Assembly: GCA_963787375.1 (NCBI GenBank)
Contig: CAWBCR010000011.1
Location: forward strand, 42,847 to 106,846
DNA length: 64,000 nt
Source of the DNA: an uncultured Chloroflexia bacterium
GTDB lineage: Bacteria > Chloroflexota > Anaerolineae > Aggregatilineales > UBA3940
Direction of reading: 5' to 3'
A model generated the notes under the pieces. That model had not been told where the DNA came from and searched no databases. It was given only the letters and a program-made list of their open reading frames with translations. Shown here one piece after another: positions 29,951-41,230 of this stretch (the stretch's first letter is position 1; every line of letters begins with the position of its first letter). The translations under genes were made by a program, and so were the position numbers.

Positions 29951-30925
29951 TTGAGGGAACCTGTCTTGTTTGCGGGCAGCCATGCCACCGAACCTAACCT
30001 GACCATCCGCCCCCTGACCTTCCTCCAGACGTTCCGGTCAGCGGGGAGCGTGGCAGAGATGCTGCTCGACAGCGACGCACGAGTCCAGTGCTGGTTTGGC
30101 ACGTCACGCCGGGCGCGCCTGGCCGCGCGGATGACGGCGATGCCGTTCTTTTATCACTACATGACTTCCGGGTATGGCGCATTCGTGGGCGAAGAGCTGG
30201 CCGGCTGGCTGTACGTGCGCGGCTGGTACCAGGTGCTGTACGTCGAGGCGCTGGCCGTGCGGCCTGAGTGGCGGCGGCACGGGATCGGCACGATGCTGAT
30301 GGATTTCGCCGAGGCGCAGGCGCGCGAGCAGCACCGCGAATGGTTGGGGCTGACCATATCACTGGCCAGCACGGCGGCCATGCGGCTGGTCGAAGCGCAC
30401 GGCTGCGAGCGCGGCCACTGGCACATTTTGCAGCGCAGCGGGCCGCCGGGAACACCTTCCACAGATGGCGTGCGCCTTCAGCCGGTGATCGGGCAGGCCG
30501 CCCGGTACGCTTACCGCCACTTCGCGGCGCGCGACCTGACCGCCGGGGATACGTCGGACAAGGTCACGCTGACACGCTTCCTCACGCGGGACCCGTATCA
30601 TCAGCCGGGCCGGCATTGGGTGGCCCTGTATGAGGGACAACCCATCGCCTACCTGAACCGCCACACTGCGCCCGGCGGGCTGGTCGTGTACGTGGCCGGC
30701 GAGCCTAAATGGTGGGGGCAGGAACCCCTGCTGCGGGCGGTGACGCTGGCGCTGGCGGCGTCGCCGATGCCCGGCACACCGGGCGAGGTCGTGGTGCGGC
30801 TGGGCAGCAGCGGCCATCACGACGCGGCGCGCACGGCATTCGAGCAGAGAGGCTTCAGCGAAGGCGAGGCCGTCGTCACCCGGATGGTCAAACGTCTCGC
30901 CGCCGCACAGACAGCCCATTCCTGA
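29951..30925 (+). CDS. GNAT N-acetyltransferase
   Basis: LAVRPEWRRHGIGTML. Confidence 0.75.
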   Translation: MREPVLFAGSHATEPNLTIRPLTFLQTFRSAGSVAEMLLDSDARVQCWFGTSRRARLAARMTAMPFFYHYMTSGYGAFVGEELAGWLYVRGWYQVLYVEALAVRPEWRRHGIGTMLMDFAEAQAREQHREWLGLTISLASTAAMRLVEAHGCERGHWHILQRSGPPGTPSTDGVRLQPVIGQAARYAYRHFAARDLTAGDTSDKVTLTRFLTRDPYHQPGRHWVALYEGQPIAYLNRHTAPGGLVVYVAGEPKWWGQEPLLRAVTLALAASPMPGTPGEVVVRLGSSGHHDAARTAFEQRGFSEGEAVVTRMVKRLAAAQTAHS

Positions 30926-30958
30926 AGCGACCTTGTCAACAAGAGGGAGAGTTCAGCC

Positions 30959-31721
30959 ATGAGCGACGCCCCCGTTTACATCGGGATTGATACCACTGCC
31001 GGCAACAGGCCGATCACTCTGGCCGTGCTGGACAGCGCCCTGCGCGTGAGGCAGATCGAAGCACTGCCGTTCGACGCCGTTGTCGAGGCGGTGCTGGCTT
31101 ATCCTGCCGCTGTGTGCGGGATTGACGCGCCCATCGGGCGCAACAGCGGGCTGCTGGCCGACCCGGATTACCGGACGCGGCGTAACCTGAACCCGCACCG
31201 AGTCCGCTACAGTAACTACCGCGTGTGCGAGTTCGAGCTGCGGCGGCGCGGCATTTACGTGTACAACACGCCCAGCGAGGAGTTGCGCGTCGCCTCGTGG
31301 ATGCAAACGTCGTGGCACTGTATGACCGGCTGCGCGGCGGCGGGCTACGTCGACGCGCCACAGCGCGGCCCGCGCAGCCTGTTCGAGACGTATCCGTATG
31401 CGATCTTCACGGTGCTGGCTGGCACCCGCCCGTACCCGAAGAACAGCATCGAGGGGCGGCTTCAGCGGCAGCTGATCCTGTATGAGGAAGGCGTCGACCT
31501 GTTCGACCCGATGCGCGTGCTCGAAGAATGGACCCGCCACCACCTGCGGGCGGGGCGGCTCAACATGGAAGGCATCTACGAGCATGACGGGCTGGAACGC
31601 GCTAGCTGCCGCCTTTACGGCCTACGTGCTGGACCGGGAGCCGCAGCGCACCACCGCCGTCGGCGACCCGGCAGAAGGGCAGATCGTGCTGCCTTCCTCT
31701 GGTCTGCGGGATGCGTACTGA
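30959..31721 (+). CDS. DUF429-like RNase H-fold protein; apparent frameshift near 31600
   Basis: YIGID, GIDAP, FETYPY; shifted tail ALAAAFTAY..GDPAEGQIVLP. Confidence 0.75.
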
Positions 31722-31843
31722 TGGTCATTGGTGCGTGCTGCTAACAATGAGGGGCGGTCAAGTGAGCCCGGCCCGCGCCTCTGAAAGCCTGTTGCTGATG
31801 GCCTACAGCGATAGCCGGACCACAAGCTATCAGCCATGGGCAA

Positions 31844-32371
31844 TTAGCTGCGCCCGTAGCCCAGGAACCCGCGCGATACGCTGCGCGTCTCCTCAACGGT
31901 CACAAACGCCTTGGGATCGGCCTCGGTGGCAATCTGTACGATCTGAGGCACGTTCTTGCGCCGCGCAACGACGAAGACCAGCCCCACCGTCCCGGTCGAC
32001 CCCTCACCAGAGGTGCGCGTCGCGCCAAAGCCCGCCTCGCGGATGGCCTTGGCGACCGACAGCGACATGCCCATCGAGACGATGTTGACCGTCGCGAAGC
32101 CCTGGCCCATGCGTTGCTCAATCATCATTCCGACCCACGTCCCGGCGGCGAACCCGCCGCAGTACGCGCCCAGATACCACAGGTTGGTCAGGTCGCTGGC
32201 CACCACGCCGAACGTCAGCGCGAAGGTCAGCGCCTCAACGAAGGCGATACCCGACACGAGCAGCCGGTTGGCGCGCCCCATGATCAGCAGTCGCATGGTC
32301 GACAGCGTGATGCTAAACACCCGCACCAGGAAGATCAGCAGCGCAGCGAGGATAATGTTATCGGGTATCAT
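31844..32371 (-). CDS. DUF2179/DUF5698 (YebE-like) membrane protein
   Basis: AYCGGFAAGTWVG; GFGAT..GEG; DPKAFVTVEE. Confidence 0.85.
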   Translation of the reverse strand: MIPDNIILAALLIFLVRVFSITLSTMRLLIMGRANRLLVSGIAFVEALTFALTFGVVASDLTNLWYLGAYCGGFAAGTWVGMMIEQRMGQGFATVNIVSMGMSLSVAKAIREAGFGATRTSGEGSTGTVGLVFVVARRKNVPQIVQIATEADPKAFVTVEETRSVSRGFLGYGRS

Positions 32372-32450
32372 GGTGTTCTCTTTCCAGTTTCAGAAACAAC
32401 ACCGGGCATGCGAACCATGCCCGGTATTTGTGCCTGGGTCAACCTGAGGC

Positions 32451-33612
32451 TCAGCCGTGGCGGCGCATGAAACGCTCGATGCGCTCCAGCGCCTGCTCGA
32501 TCTTCTCGTAGGCGGTCGCATACGAGGCGCGCATGAAGCCCGCGCCGCTCGCGCCGAAGGCCGTGCCGGGGACCATCGCGACACGCTCCTCGTGCAGCAG
32601 CTTCTCAGCGAAGACGTTCTCGTCCATGCCCGACGCGACAATCGACGGGAAGGCGTAGAACGCGCCGTGCGGCTCGAAGGTCGGTAGGCCAAGCTGGTTG
32701 AAGCCACCCACGATCAGCTTACGCCGCCGGTCGTATTCGGCGCGCATCTCCTCGACATAGGGCCGGCCTTCCTCCAGCGCCACAATCGCCGCGACCTGGG
32801 CCGTCGTCGGGGCCGACATGATGGTGTACTGGTGGATCTTGCGCATCGCAGCCAGGATATCGGCGGGAGCGGCAGCATAGCCGATGCGCCAGCCGGTCAT
32901 GGCATAGTCTTTCGAGAAGCCGCCCAGCGTGATCGTCCGGCTGTGCATGTTGGGCAGGCCCGCAAAACAGACGTGCTCGACGCCGTACACCAACTGGTCG
33001 TAGATCTCGTCGGAGATCACCAGCAGGTCGCGCTCCTCGGCCAGCTTCGCGATCTCTTCCAGCCGCTCGCGCGACATCACCGCGCCGGTAGGGTTGTTGG
33101 GGTAGCTGAGCAGGATCGCCTTGGTCCGCTCGGTGAGCGCCTCGCGGATCGCCACGCCGGTCACCTGGAAGTTATGCTCGACGTGCGTGGCGATGGTCAC
33201 CGCCTTGCCGCCTGCCAGCACCACTTCCGGCACGTAAGATACAAAACGACGGCTCTGGCACGATCACCTCGTCGCCGGGGTCGAGGATAGCGTTCAGCGC
33301 TAGGTACAGTGCCTCCGACACGCCAACCGTGATCAGCAACTCGCTTTCCGGGTCGTAGCTGACGCCATACAGCGCCTTGAGGTGCGCGGACAGCGCCTGG
33401 CGAAGCTCCAGCAGGCCGGAGTTCGAGGTGTAGTGCGTCTCGCCGCCCTCAAGCGAATGGACACCGGCCTTGAGGAACGGCGCAGGCGTCGTGAAATCCG
33501 GCTCGCCGATACCCAGCGAGATCACGTCATCCATCGTCGCAGCGATGTCAAAGAATTTGCGGATGCCTGACGGCGGGATGCCTTCCACCCGCCGGGCGAC
33601 AAAGTCACGCAT
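32451..33612 (-). CDS. Class I/II PLP aminotransferase; apparent frameshift near 33240
   Basis: SLGIGEPDF, YPNNPTG, SDEIY, GFSKDYAMTGWRIGY. Confidence 0.92.
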
Positions 33613-33628
33613 GATGCTGCTCCCTTAG

Positions 33629-33660
33629 GTGTTTGACCGAAAGTCCTTTCGGTCAAACAC
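33629..33660. repeat. 15-bp perfect inverted repeat inside an operon
   Basis: GTGTTTGACCGAAAG-TC-CTTTCGGTCAAACAC. Confidence 0.8.
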
Positions 33661-34647
33661 TAACTGAAGTCGACCGACGACGCATCGCCGACGTTGAGCG
33701 TGAAGTAGCGGCCCGTCACCCGCGCGTCGCGCCCGATCAGCGAATCGTCGAGGATGATCTTGTGCACCTGTGCGCCATCGTCGACAATTGAGTTCTTGAT
33801 GATGCTGTCGCGGATGTCGCAGCCCGCGGCGATGGTTGCATAGGGCCCGACGACCACGTTTTCGAGCGTGGCCGAGGGATGGATATGCACCGGCGGGATG
33901 ATCTTGACGCCGGTCCGCTCAACCTGGCTGCTATTGTCGCTGCCGTGTTCCAGCAGGTAGCGGTTCGTTCTCGAGCACCGTCTCCGGCTTGCCGCAATCC
34001 AGCCACACGTCGACATTCTGCGTGCGGAAGACCGCCCCCTGCTCGATCATCACCTGGAAGGCGTCGGCCAGGAAGAACTCGCCTTTGGTCATCTGGTTGC
34101 GCTGCATCTGGATTTCGATGGCGCGGATCATCGCCTCGCTGTCGCGGATGTAATACAGGCCGATGACGACGTTCTTGTTGTCCATGCTGTCGGGCTTCTC
34201 GACGAAGCGCGTGACGCAGCCGTCCCCATCGAGCGAGACGACGCCAAAGCGGCGCGGGTCCTCGACCTCTTTCACGAAGGCGATGGCGTCGGCACCGGTG
34301 GTTTTGATCACGCTCAGGTCGGTCTCGAACAGCGTATCGGCAAACAGCACCATCGACGGGCCTTCCAGATAATCACGCGCCAGGTAGATGGCGTGCGCCT
34401 GGCCGATCAGTTCTTCCTGCACCACGAAGCGCGCTTTGAAGTCGTAGTTCTTGCGGATGAACGCTTCGATCTGCTCGCCCAGGTAGCCGACGATAAAGAT
34501 GTATTCGTCAACGTCGAGCCCTTCGAAGGCGTCGATCAGGTACTTGAGCATCGGCTGCCCGGCGACGTTGATCAGCGGCTTGGGGCGGCTGAACGTGTGT
34601 GGCCGCATCCGCGTGCCCAGCCCCGCCATCGGAATGACGACTTTCAT
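33660..34647 (-). CDS. Sugar-phosphate nucleotidyltransferase (long RmlA-like, LbH tail); apparent frameshift near 33970
   Basis: PMAGLGTRMRPHT..PKPL, EDPRRFGV, FVEKP, WLDCGK. Confidence 0.9.
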
Positions 34648-34755
34648 GTAGGGTTATCTCTCCTGCTGATAATGTGCCATCAACAGCGCGAACGTGTGGT
34701 ATAATCGCACCCACAAATCCACGTGCCGTTTTTCGATTGAGGGCCGCATCCGATC

Positions 34756-35541
34756 ATGACCGATACTCTGAGCGATGTCGAGCGTGTGATCCAGCAAAAC
34801 GCTCACCACCTTGAACGGTTGTTGTTTGTGCTGGTCGGGCCGTCCGGTGTGGGTAAGAATACCATTATCCGCGAGCTGCTGGCAACATATCCTGAAATGG
34901 AGCGGGTGCGCACCTATACCACGCGCAAGAAACGCGAGGATGAAGTCGACGGCGCGCAGTATCACTTCATCTCGCCGCAACGCTTCCTTGAGCTGGCCAG
35001 CACCGGGAGGCTGATGGAAGCCGACGCCCAGAAAGCCACCGAAATCCTGGCTCATGCCGACCTTGACGGGCTGGCCGGCTCTATCGGGATTGACGTGTAC
35101 GGGCTGGGCGACGTATACAGCATGCCGGAAGACCTCTACGAAGAAATCCCGCCGGAAAAGCACCTGGTCATCGCCGAGGTGGACGTGAACGGCGCAGAAC
35201 TGCTGCGCAGACGCTACCCCGGCTGCGTGACGATCTTCGTCACCGCCCCGCCGTTGGACCTCATCCATCGCATCCGCGAGCGGCCCGACGGCGAGATGAA
35301 CTCGCAGAAGCTGGCGCAGCGCATGAAGACCGCGCATGAGCAGGTCCGCGCCGCCAAGGAATTCGACTACGTCGTCTTCAACCGCAAAGACCGCCTGGCC
35401 GGAACTATCGAAGCCGTGAACAGCATTGTGATGGCCGAGCGGATGCGCGTGCGGGACGGTTTCGACCTGGAAGCCAGCCTGCCTGACGACGCCTTCGACG
35501 TGCCCAACGAAGACAGGACCACAATAGGCCACAACGGATGA
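34756..35541 (+). CDS. gmk: Guanylate kinase-like protein
   Basis: GPSGVGKNT, YTTR..R.DEVDG.QYHF, EVDVNGA, FDYVVFN; extended -10 TGTGGTATAAT upstream. Confidence 0.75.
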   Translation: MTDTLSDVERVIQQNAHHLERLLFVLVGPSGVGKNTIIRELLATYPEMERVRTYTTRKKREDEVDGAQYHFISPQRFLELASTGRLMEADAQKATEILAHADLDGLAGSIGIDVYGLGDVYSMPEDLYEEIPPEKHLVIAEVDVNGAELLRRRYPGCVTIFVTAPPLDLIHRIRERPDGEMNSQKLAQRMKTAHEQVRAAKEFDYVVFNRKDRLAGTIEAVNSIVMAERMRVRDGFDLEASLPDDAFDVPNEDRTTIGHNG

Positions 35542-37130
35542 CGGCCCCTCTCGATCCAGACCCGGTTACGCTCGAAATCTTCAAGCACCTGTTCGCGTCT
35601 GTCTCGGAAGAGATGGGCCTCACGCTGGGGCGCACCGGTTATTCGCCCAACATCAAGGAGCGGCGCGATTATTCGTGCGCGGTGTTCCTGGGCGATGGGC
35701 GCATGCTGGCGCAGGCAGCGCACATCCCGGTGCACCTGGGGGCAATGCCGGCCTCGGTGCGGGCGGCCATCGAGCACACTGCGCCTTTTGCGCCAGGGGA
35801 CGTGGTCGCGCTGAACGACCCGTATCTGGGCGGCACTCACCTGCCCGATATCACGCTTGTCTCGCCGGTGTTCGTCGACGCTGGGCAGACCCCGACCTTT
35901 TTCGTCGGGTCGCGCGCCCACCATGCCGACGTGGGCGGCATGTCGCCGGGCTCGATGCCGCTGTCGACCGAACTGTACCAGGAAGGGATCATCATCCCGC
36001 CAATCAAGCTGGTCGAGGCGGAGCGAGTCAACCAGGCCGCGCTCGACCTGATCGTGCGCAACTCCCGCACGCCCGACGAGCGGCGCGGCGACCTGGCTGC
36101 GCAGCGTGCCTCACATGAGGTCGGCGCGCGGCGGCTGCTGGAGATCGTCGGACGCTATGGGCTTGAGGAAGCCAACCGGCAGGCGGAGGCGCTGATCGCC
36201 TACGCCGAGCGGCTGACGCGCGCCATGCTGGCCGGCCTGCCCGACGGCGTCTATAGCTTCGAAGACGCGCTCGACGACGACGGCATCAGCGCCGAACCGG
36301 TGCCGATCCGGGTGACGATCCGCCTGAAGGGCGGTGAGATGACCGTTGATTTCAGCGGCTCGGCTCCGGCGGTACGCGGCTCGGTCAACGCGGTGCGCGC
36401 GATTGTCGACTCGGCGGTAAGCTACGTCGTGCGCTGCATCGCAGGGGAAGCGCTGCCGATGAACCACGGCGTGTTTGCGCCGATCACGGTGACTATCCCG
36501 CCACACAGCGTGCTCGACCCCGGCCCGCCGCACGCTGTCGCGGGTGGCAACGTCGAGACGTCGATGCGAATCGTCGACGTGCTGTATGGCGCGCTGGCGC
36601 AGGCGCTGCCGGAACAGATCCCGGCGGCCAGCCAGGGCACGATGAACAACCTGACCTTCGGCGGCATCGACCCGCGCAGCGAGAAGTCCTTTGCCTACTA
36701 TGAGACGATGGGCGGTGGCGCGGGCGCTGGTCCGCAGGCGGACGGCGCGAGCGGCATCCACTGCCACATGAGCAACACGCTCAACACACCTGTCGAGGCG
36801 CTGGAATACGCGCTGCCGGTGCGGGTGCGGCGCTACGCGCTGCGACATGGATCAGGCGGGGCGGGGCAGCATCACGGCGGGGATGGGCTGATCCGCGAGA
36901 TCGTCTTCCTAGCCCCGGCGCGCGCCACACTGCTGACAGATCGGCGGCGGCGCGGGCCATACGGCCTGAACGGCGGCCAGCCCGGCCAGCCCGGCGAGAA
37001 CACCCTGATCCACGCAGATGGCTCCGAGCAGCTTCCAGGCAAGGCGAGTTTTGACGTCGCACCCGGCGACGTGCTGCGCATCGCCACGCCGGGCGGCGGC
37101 GGCTGGGGCAAGCCGCCTGCCGACGACTAG
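35538..37130 (+). CDS. Hydantoinase B/oxoprolinase family protein
   Basis: SPNIKERRDYSCA, HIPVHLG, NDPYLGGTHLPD, TPGGGGWG. Confidence 0.92.
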   Translation: MTAPLDPDPVTLEIFKHLFASVSEEMGLTLGRTGYSPNIKERRDYSCAVFLGDGRMLAQAAHIPVHLGAMPASVRAAIEHTAPFAPGDVVALNDPYLGGTHLPDITLVSPVFVDAGQTPTFFVGSRAHHADVGGMSPGSMPLSTELYQEGIIIPPIKLVEAERVNQAALDLIVRNSRTPDERRGDLAAQRASHEVGARRLLEIVGRYGLEEANRQAEALIAYAERLTRAMLAGLPDGVYSFEDALDDDGISAEPVPIRVTIRLKGGEMTVDFSGSAPAVRGSVNAVRAIVDSAVSYVVRCIAGEALPMNHGVFAPITVTIPPHSVLDPGPPHAVAGGNVETSMRIVDVLYGALAQALPEQIPAASQGTMNNLTFGGIDPRSEKSFAYYETMGGGAGAGPQADGASGIHCHMSNTLNTPVEALEYALPVRVRRYALRHGSGGAGQHHGGDGLIREIVFLAPARATLLTDRRRRGPYGLNGGQPGQPGENTLIHADGSEQLPGKASFDVAPGDVLRIATPGGGGWGKPPADD

Positions 37131-37137
37131 CGGACGA

Positions 37138-38520
37138 CTAACCCACAGCCTGCCCGGCGGCGTCGACCGGGATCACGGCCACCTCACCCGCGTCACGCGA
37201 TGCGACGGCGCGCATAGCCGGGCGGCTGCGCAGCCACAGCCAGGCCGTCTGCGCCAGCGTGGCAATCGTGTAGGCAGCCAGCGCGAAGTACAGCCCCTCT
37301 GATTGCTGCCACACGATGCCGACTCCCAGCACGACCGCGCTGACCAGCAGAAAGACAACAATCGCCTCGGTGATGCCGCGCGTACGGCGGCTGTGGAGGA
37401 TCGTGCCCTGATACCAGCTTTGCAGGGCGATCAGGATCGGCAGCGGCAGCAGCATCCACAGGCCGGCACGTGACATATCAGCCAGGGCAGTCGGCAGGGC
37501 GGATACGTCACGCAGCCAGAAATGTGCCAGCGGCGTCGTCACCACGGCCAGCAGCAAGACCGTGAGGACCGATCCCAGCAGCAGCGCAAAGCGGCGCAGC
37601 GTGCGGATCGCGTCCGGCCATTCGAGCAGCGCAACAACCACCTCGTTATAGGCGACAGCCGGGCTGCGGAACATGAAGCTCAAGCCGGAGACGACCGGCC
37701 ATGCCGCCAGCGACCCCAGCGCGAAGGGCATGCGGCTCATCGCCGCGCTGCCAATGGGCTGGGCGAGCATCGTCAGAAGCTGGGTCATGACCAGCGGCAC
37801 GTAGAACGCCACGAACTCGGCGAAGGTGAGCGGCGGGTCGACCGGCTGCGCGGCGCGCAGCTCACCACGCAGCACGGGTCTGACTCTCAGCCCAATGTAA
37901 GCCGCCTCGCAGATCACACCGGTTGCGACCGCGCAGGTCGCGACGACCACGCCGGGGATAGTGTGGATCAGGTAGAGGATGGTCAGCACCAGCCCGTTTG
38001 AGCCCAGCCGCACGGCTGTGCCGACGCCCACCGCCTGTGAGTGGTCGAATCGGATCAGCACACCCTGGTTGAAACGCCGGTAGGCAATCGAGCCCGTCCA
38101 GGGCGTCATGATGATCAGGCCGATGCGGGCTGGCTCGATGATCTCCGGCGGCGCGCCGATGATGCCGCGCACGACGACATAGTACAGCGGCGTCAGCGCG
38201 ATAAGCAGATGCAGACCGGTCAGCAGCGCGCTGAGGCGAACCATGAAGCGGCGGATCCTGACATACGACGCCCAGTCCTTGCTGAGAGCCGTCGAAGCGG
38301 CCAGCAGCATGATGATCGGCAATTCGACGATCAGCGCAAGCGGGAAGACGATGCCGCCATAGGCCGCCAGGTTGATCTCGGCGTTGGGCAGGCGTGCGAC
38401 CACCGCGCTCAGCGCCGGCAGCTCAAGCGACATCAGCAGCCAGCTCGCGGCCAGCGGCCACCAGGTCCGGATCACGCGCCGCATAGGGAGGGGAGAAGCA
38501 ACCGGGGGGGATGTCGTCAT
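37138..38520 (-). CDS. MATE/ANKH-like multipass membrane transporter
   Basis: Two repeats of about 6 TM; WWPLAASWLLM; QGVLIR...T..VG. Confidence 0.65.
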   Translation of the reverse strand: MTTSPPVASPLPMRRVIRTWWPLAASWLLMSLELPALSAVVARLPNAEINLAAYGGIVFPLALIVELPIIMLLAASTALSKDWASYVRIRRFMVRLSALLTGLHLLIALTPLYYVVVRGIIGAPPEIIEPARIGLIIMTPWTGSIAYRRFNQGVLIRFDHSQAVGVGTAVRLGSNGLVLTILYLIHTIPGVVVATCAVATGVICEAAYIGLRVRPVLRGELRAAQPVDPPLTFAEFVAFYVPLVMTQLLTMLAQPIGSAAMSRMPFALGSLAAWPVVSGLSFMFRSPAVAYNEVVVALLEWPDAIRTLRRFALLLGSVLTVLLLAVVTTPLAHFWLRDVSALPTALADMSRAGLWMLLPLPILIALQSWYQGTILHSRRTRGITEAIVVFLLVSAVVLGVGIVWQQSEGLYFALAAYTIATLAQTAWLWLRSRPAMRAVASRDAGEVAVIPVDAAGQAVG

Positions 38521-38711
38521 CGCTGCGATCAGGCTCGCTTTCTACAGGATGTTCAGATGCTCACCGGACGAGTCTATCGCAGAATCGGCAGGACACCAGA
38601 GGCCGTACAAAGAGCGTGCAGACAGAGTCTGCACGCTCGGGATGACAAGCCATCCGGCGCGCGGTGCTATGCGCGCCGCCGGAGTCTATTCAGAAAGCAC
38701 CGCCGAAAGCG

Positions 38712-39357
38712 TCAGGCGGTGTGGCGCACCACGGCTACCACGCGGCCCTGCACCTGCACCGTCGACGGGTCGTCGACGTAGATCGGGCCCATGGTCGGGT
38801 TGGCCGGCTGGAGACGAATCCGCGTACCCTCTTTGTAAATGCGCTTGAGGGTCGTCTCCTCGCGGTCGGTCAGCCACACGGCCACCAAATCGCCGTTGCC
38901 AACGTCCTCGTGCGGGCGCATGATGACGATGTCGCCGTCATTGATCATGGCATCGACCATCGAGTTCGCCCTTGACCTCCAGCGCGAACAGGTCGTCGTG
39001 TGGGTCAACAATGTCGCGTGTCAGCTCGATGGCTTCGTCAGCGCCCAGGATGGCGAAGTCGCTGCCCGGCACCGGGGCCGGCTCGCTGGCGACGATCCGC
39101 CCGACGAGCGGGACGCGGATCAGGTTCGTGTCGAATTCCACGCCAACCAGGCGAAGCCCGCGCGAAACCTCGCGGTCGCGCATTAATAGCCCTTCGCGCT
39201 CAAGCTTGTTCAGGTTGTAGTTGACGACGGATGTCGAAGAGATTCCACACGCCTTACCGATTTCACGGATGGTCGGCGGGTAGCCATTATCATCAAGGAA
39301 CAACTCGATGAAATTGACGATGGCTTCCTGCCGCTTGGACAGCTTCACGTCCGACAT
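38712..39357 (-). CDS. lexA: SOS repressor LexA; apparent frameshift near 38965
   Basis: GYPPTIREIG..SSTSVV; VPLVGRIVA; SMVDAMINDGDIVI; TLKR; LQPAN. Confidence 0.93.
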
Positions 39358-39403
39358 GGACTGCCTCCTTCAGGCCCCTGCGCTATTCTGAAAGAATACC
39401 ATA

Positions 39404-39473
39404 CAACACCTGTTCGATAGCACATGGGTTCGAGTTCAGCGCCATTATAGCACGAACGTGCGTTCTAAGTCAA
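39404..39473 (-). promoter_or_regulatory. lexA promoter with SOS boxes
   Basis: TTGACT-18-TATAAT on minus. GAAC-GTGC-GTTC (39454-65) in the spacer; degenerate CAAC-ACCT-GTTC (39404) and GCAC-ATGG-GTTC (39420). Confidence 0.85.
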
Positions 39474-39479
39474 GCGCGC

Positions 39480-41209
39480 TCAGCGCCGTAGCCAGCGCCA
39501 CACCATGCCCGCCGCGCCGCCAAGGTCGCCAGAACGCACGTGATCCCATAGCACAACACCCTTCTGTATCAGCAGATCGTAGAAGTTCTGCGTGCCATGC
39601 GCGAAAGTCTTGGGTGATACACAGCCCCCCTGATACACGCCAACCATATTCTCCGGGTCCGACCTAATATGGAAAACACCGCTGGGCGAGCGCGGCCACC
39701 ATACCACAAGTGTGTCGGTTGCACCTTGGGCCTGTTCAGCCAGGCGCTGCGCCAGCCTGTTCAGCTTGGCCGGTCCGACGTTGTAGGCCTCGATGCGCGC
39801 CGGGGCAAACAGCGTCCGGCTGGGATAGGTGGTGACGATGTAATCAGCCGAGTCGACCTGTGGATCAGCTTCCAGTGCGTTGAGCATCGACGAACTGGCA
39901 CTCTCAAAGATCAGCACGGCCTGCTGATCACCGGTGACGATGTCGACCGAATCCTCGTTGATACTCACTTCAACGCCATAGCGCTGCCCATAATACTGGG
40001 CGACCTGGAACGTGCCAAAATAGCGCACCGGCAGGCCAGCCTGTGCAGCCTGCGCCATCACCTGATCGACAGCCGGATAAGCTGTCTGCGAGCCTGCAAA
40101 CGCGTCAAGCGCGTGGCTGAACATGTTCAGCGGCAGCCCCAGCACGATGATCAAAACACCGGCAGCCCGCTGAAGCGACTGCCAGCGCACCGGGGTGCGC
40201 AACTTCACCCAGGCAACCGCGCGCATCGCCGTTACGGTCGAGGCTACTGCGAGCAGCGGGTAGGCCCCGGCGAACATACGCGGCGTCAGGAATGTATTGT
40301 GCATCAGGCTGACGCGCAGGCTGTAGAAGATAACGATCGACCAGCCGCTGGCGTAAATCGCATCCAGCAACGGTTCGCCCTGCCTGCGCATCAGCGGATA
40401 GCTCACGCCGAGCACGATCAGAGCAGCATTCAGCCAGCCGTTAGCCACACTCATCATGTGAATGAGATGCGTGACCGGCCATCCACCCGCCTTCACGCCG
40501 GAATTCGAGAGACGCAGCGCATCCGCGATCTCGCTGCGCACCCACTCAAAGGGAATACCGGTGTACAGGAAGTGAGCGGTCTCCAGGACCACAAGCGGCA
40601 GCAGCACACCGGCGACCAATGCCGCCAGATGGCGGAGCTGGCGGGTATCCGGGTCGAACAGCGCCGAGAAACCCAGCCAGGCAGCGACCGGCACCATGAA
40701 GTTGAAGTGTGAGGTGAATGCCAGCCCCAGCCCAATGCCCGCCCACAGATAGCGGCGGTCAGCGTGCAGCATCAGGCCCAGGGCAAAGAAGGCCAGCGGA
40801 TAGCCGATATGCATGCGGGTGTAGTACAGAATCGCGGGTAGGCTGATAAACCACAGTGTCCCGACCAGCGCCCAGCGCCGCGACCCGCTCAAGCGGGCCG
40901 TCAGACGGAACAGCGCCACAGCCATCAGCGCGCCCAGCAGAGTCAGGATCAGCATCTCCCACACGGGGTTGGGGCCAAACAGCGCGAAGGGCACACTCAA
41001 TATAACCATCGGCGCGAGGGTGGCAGCCGTGTAGCCCCAGCAGCCGTGGATCAGGTCGATGGCGGCCACATCCTGTGTGACGGTGTCCTGGTGCAAGAAG
41101 AGGAGCCTGGGCCCAACGAGCCTGCCGCCACCAGCAAGAAAACCAGGCCTGCCAGCAGCCACGTGCGAGCCTTGAGCGCCGCAAACCATGCAGCCCAATC
41201 GACATTCAT
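39480..41209 (-). CDS. GT-C-like (ArnT/PMT-type) multipass membrane protein; apparent frameshift near 41110
   Basis: About 11 TM plus a soluble C-terminal domain; GIGLGLAFTSHF; start MNVDWAAW after GGAG. Confidence 0.55.
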
Positions 41210-41230
41210 GGGATGCTCCAGGTAGAAACG

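Noticed and set aside
28113..29954. 613-aa plus-strand ORF (likewise 5333-6721, 42153-43745, 22515-23891)
   Set aside because: Antisense shadow ORFs of well-supported genes in high-GC DNA.
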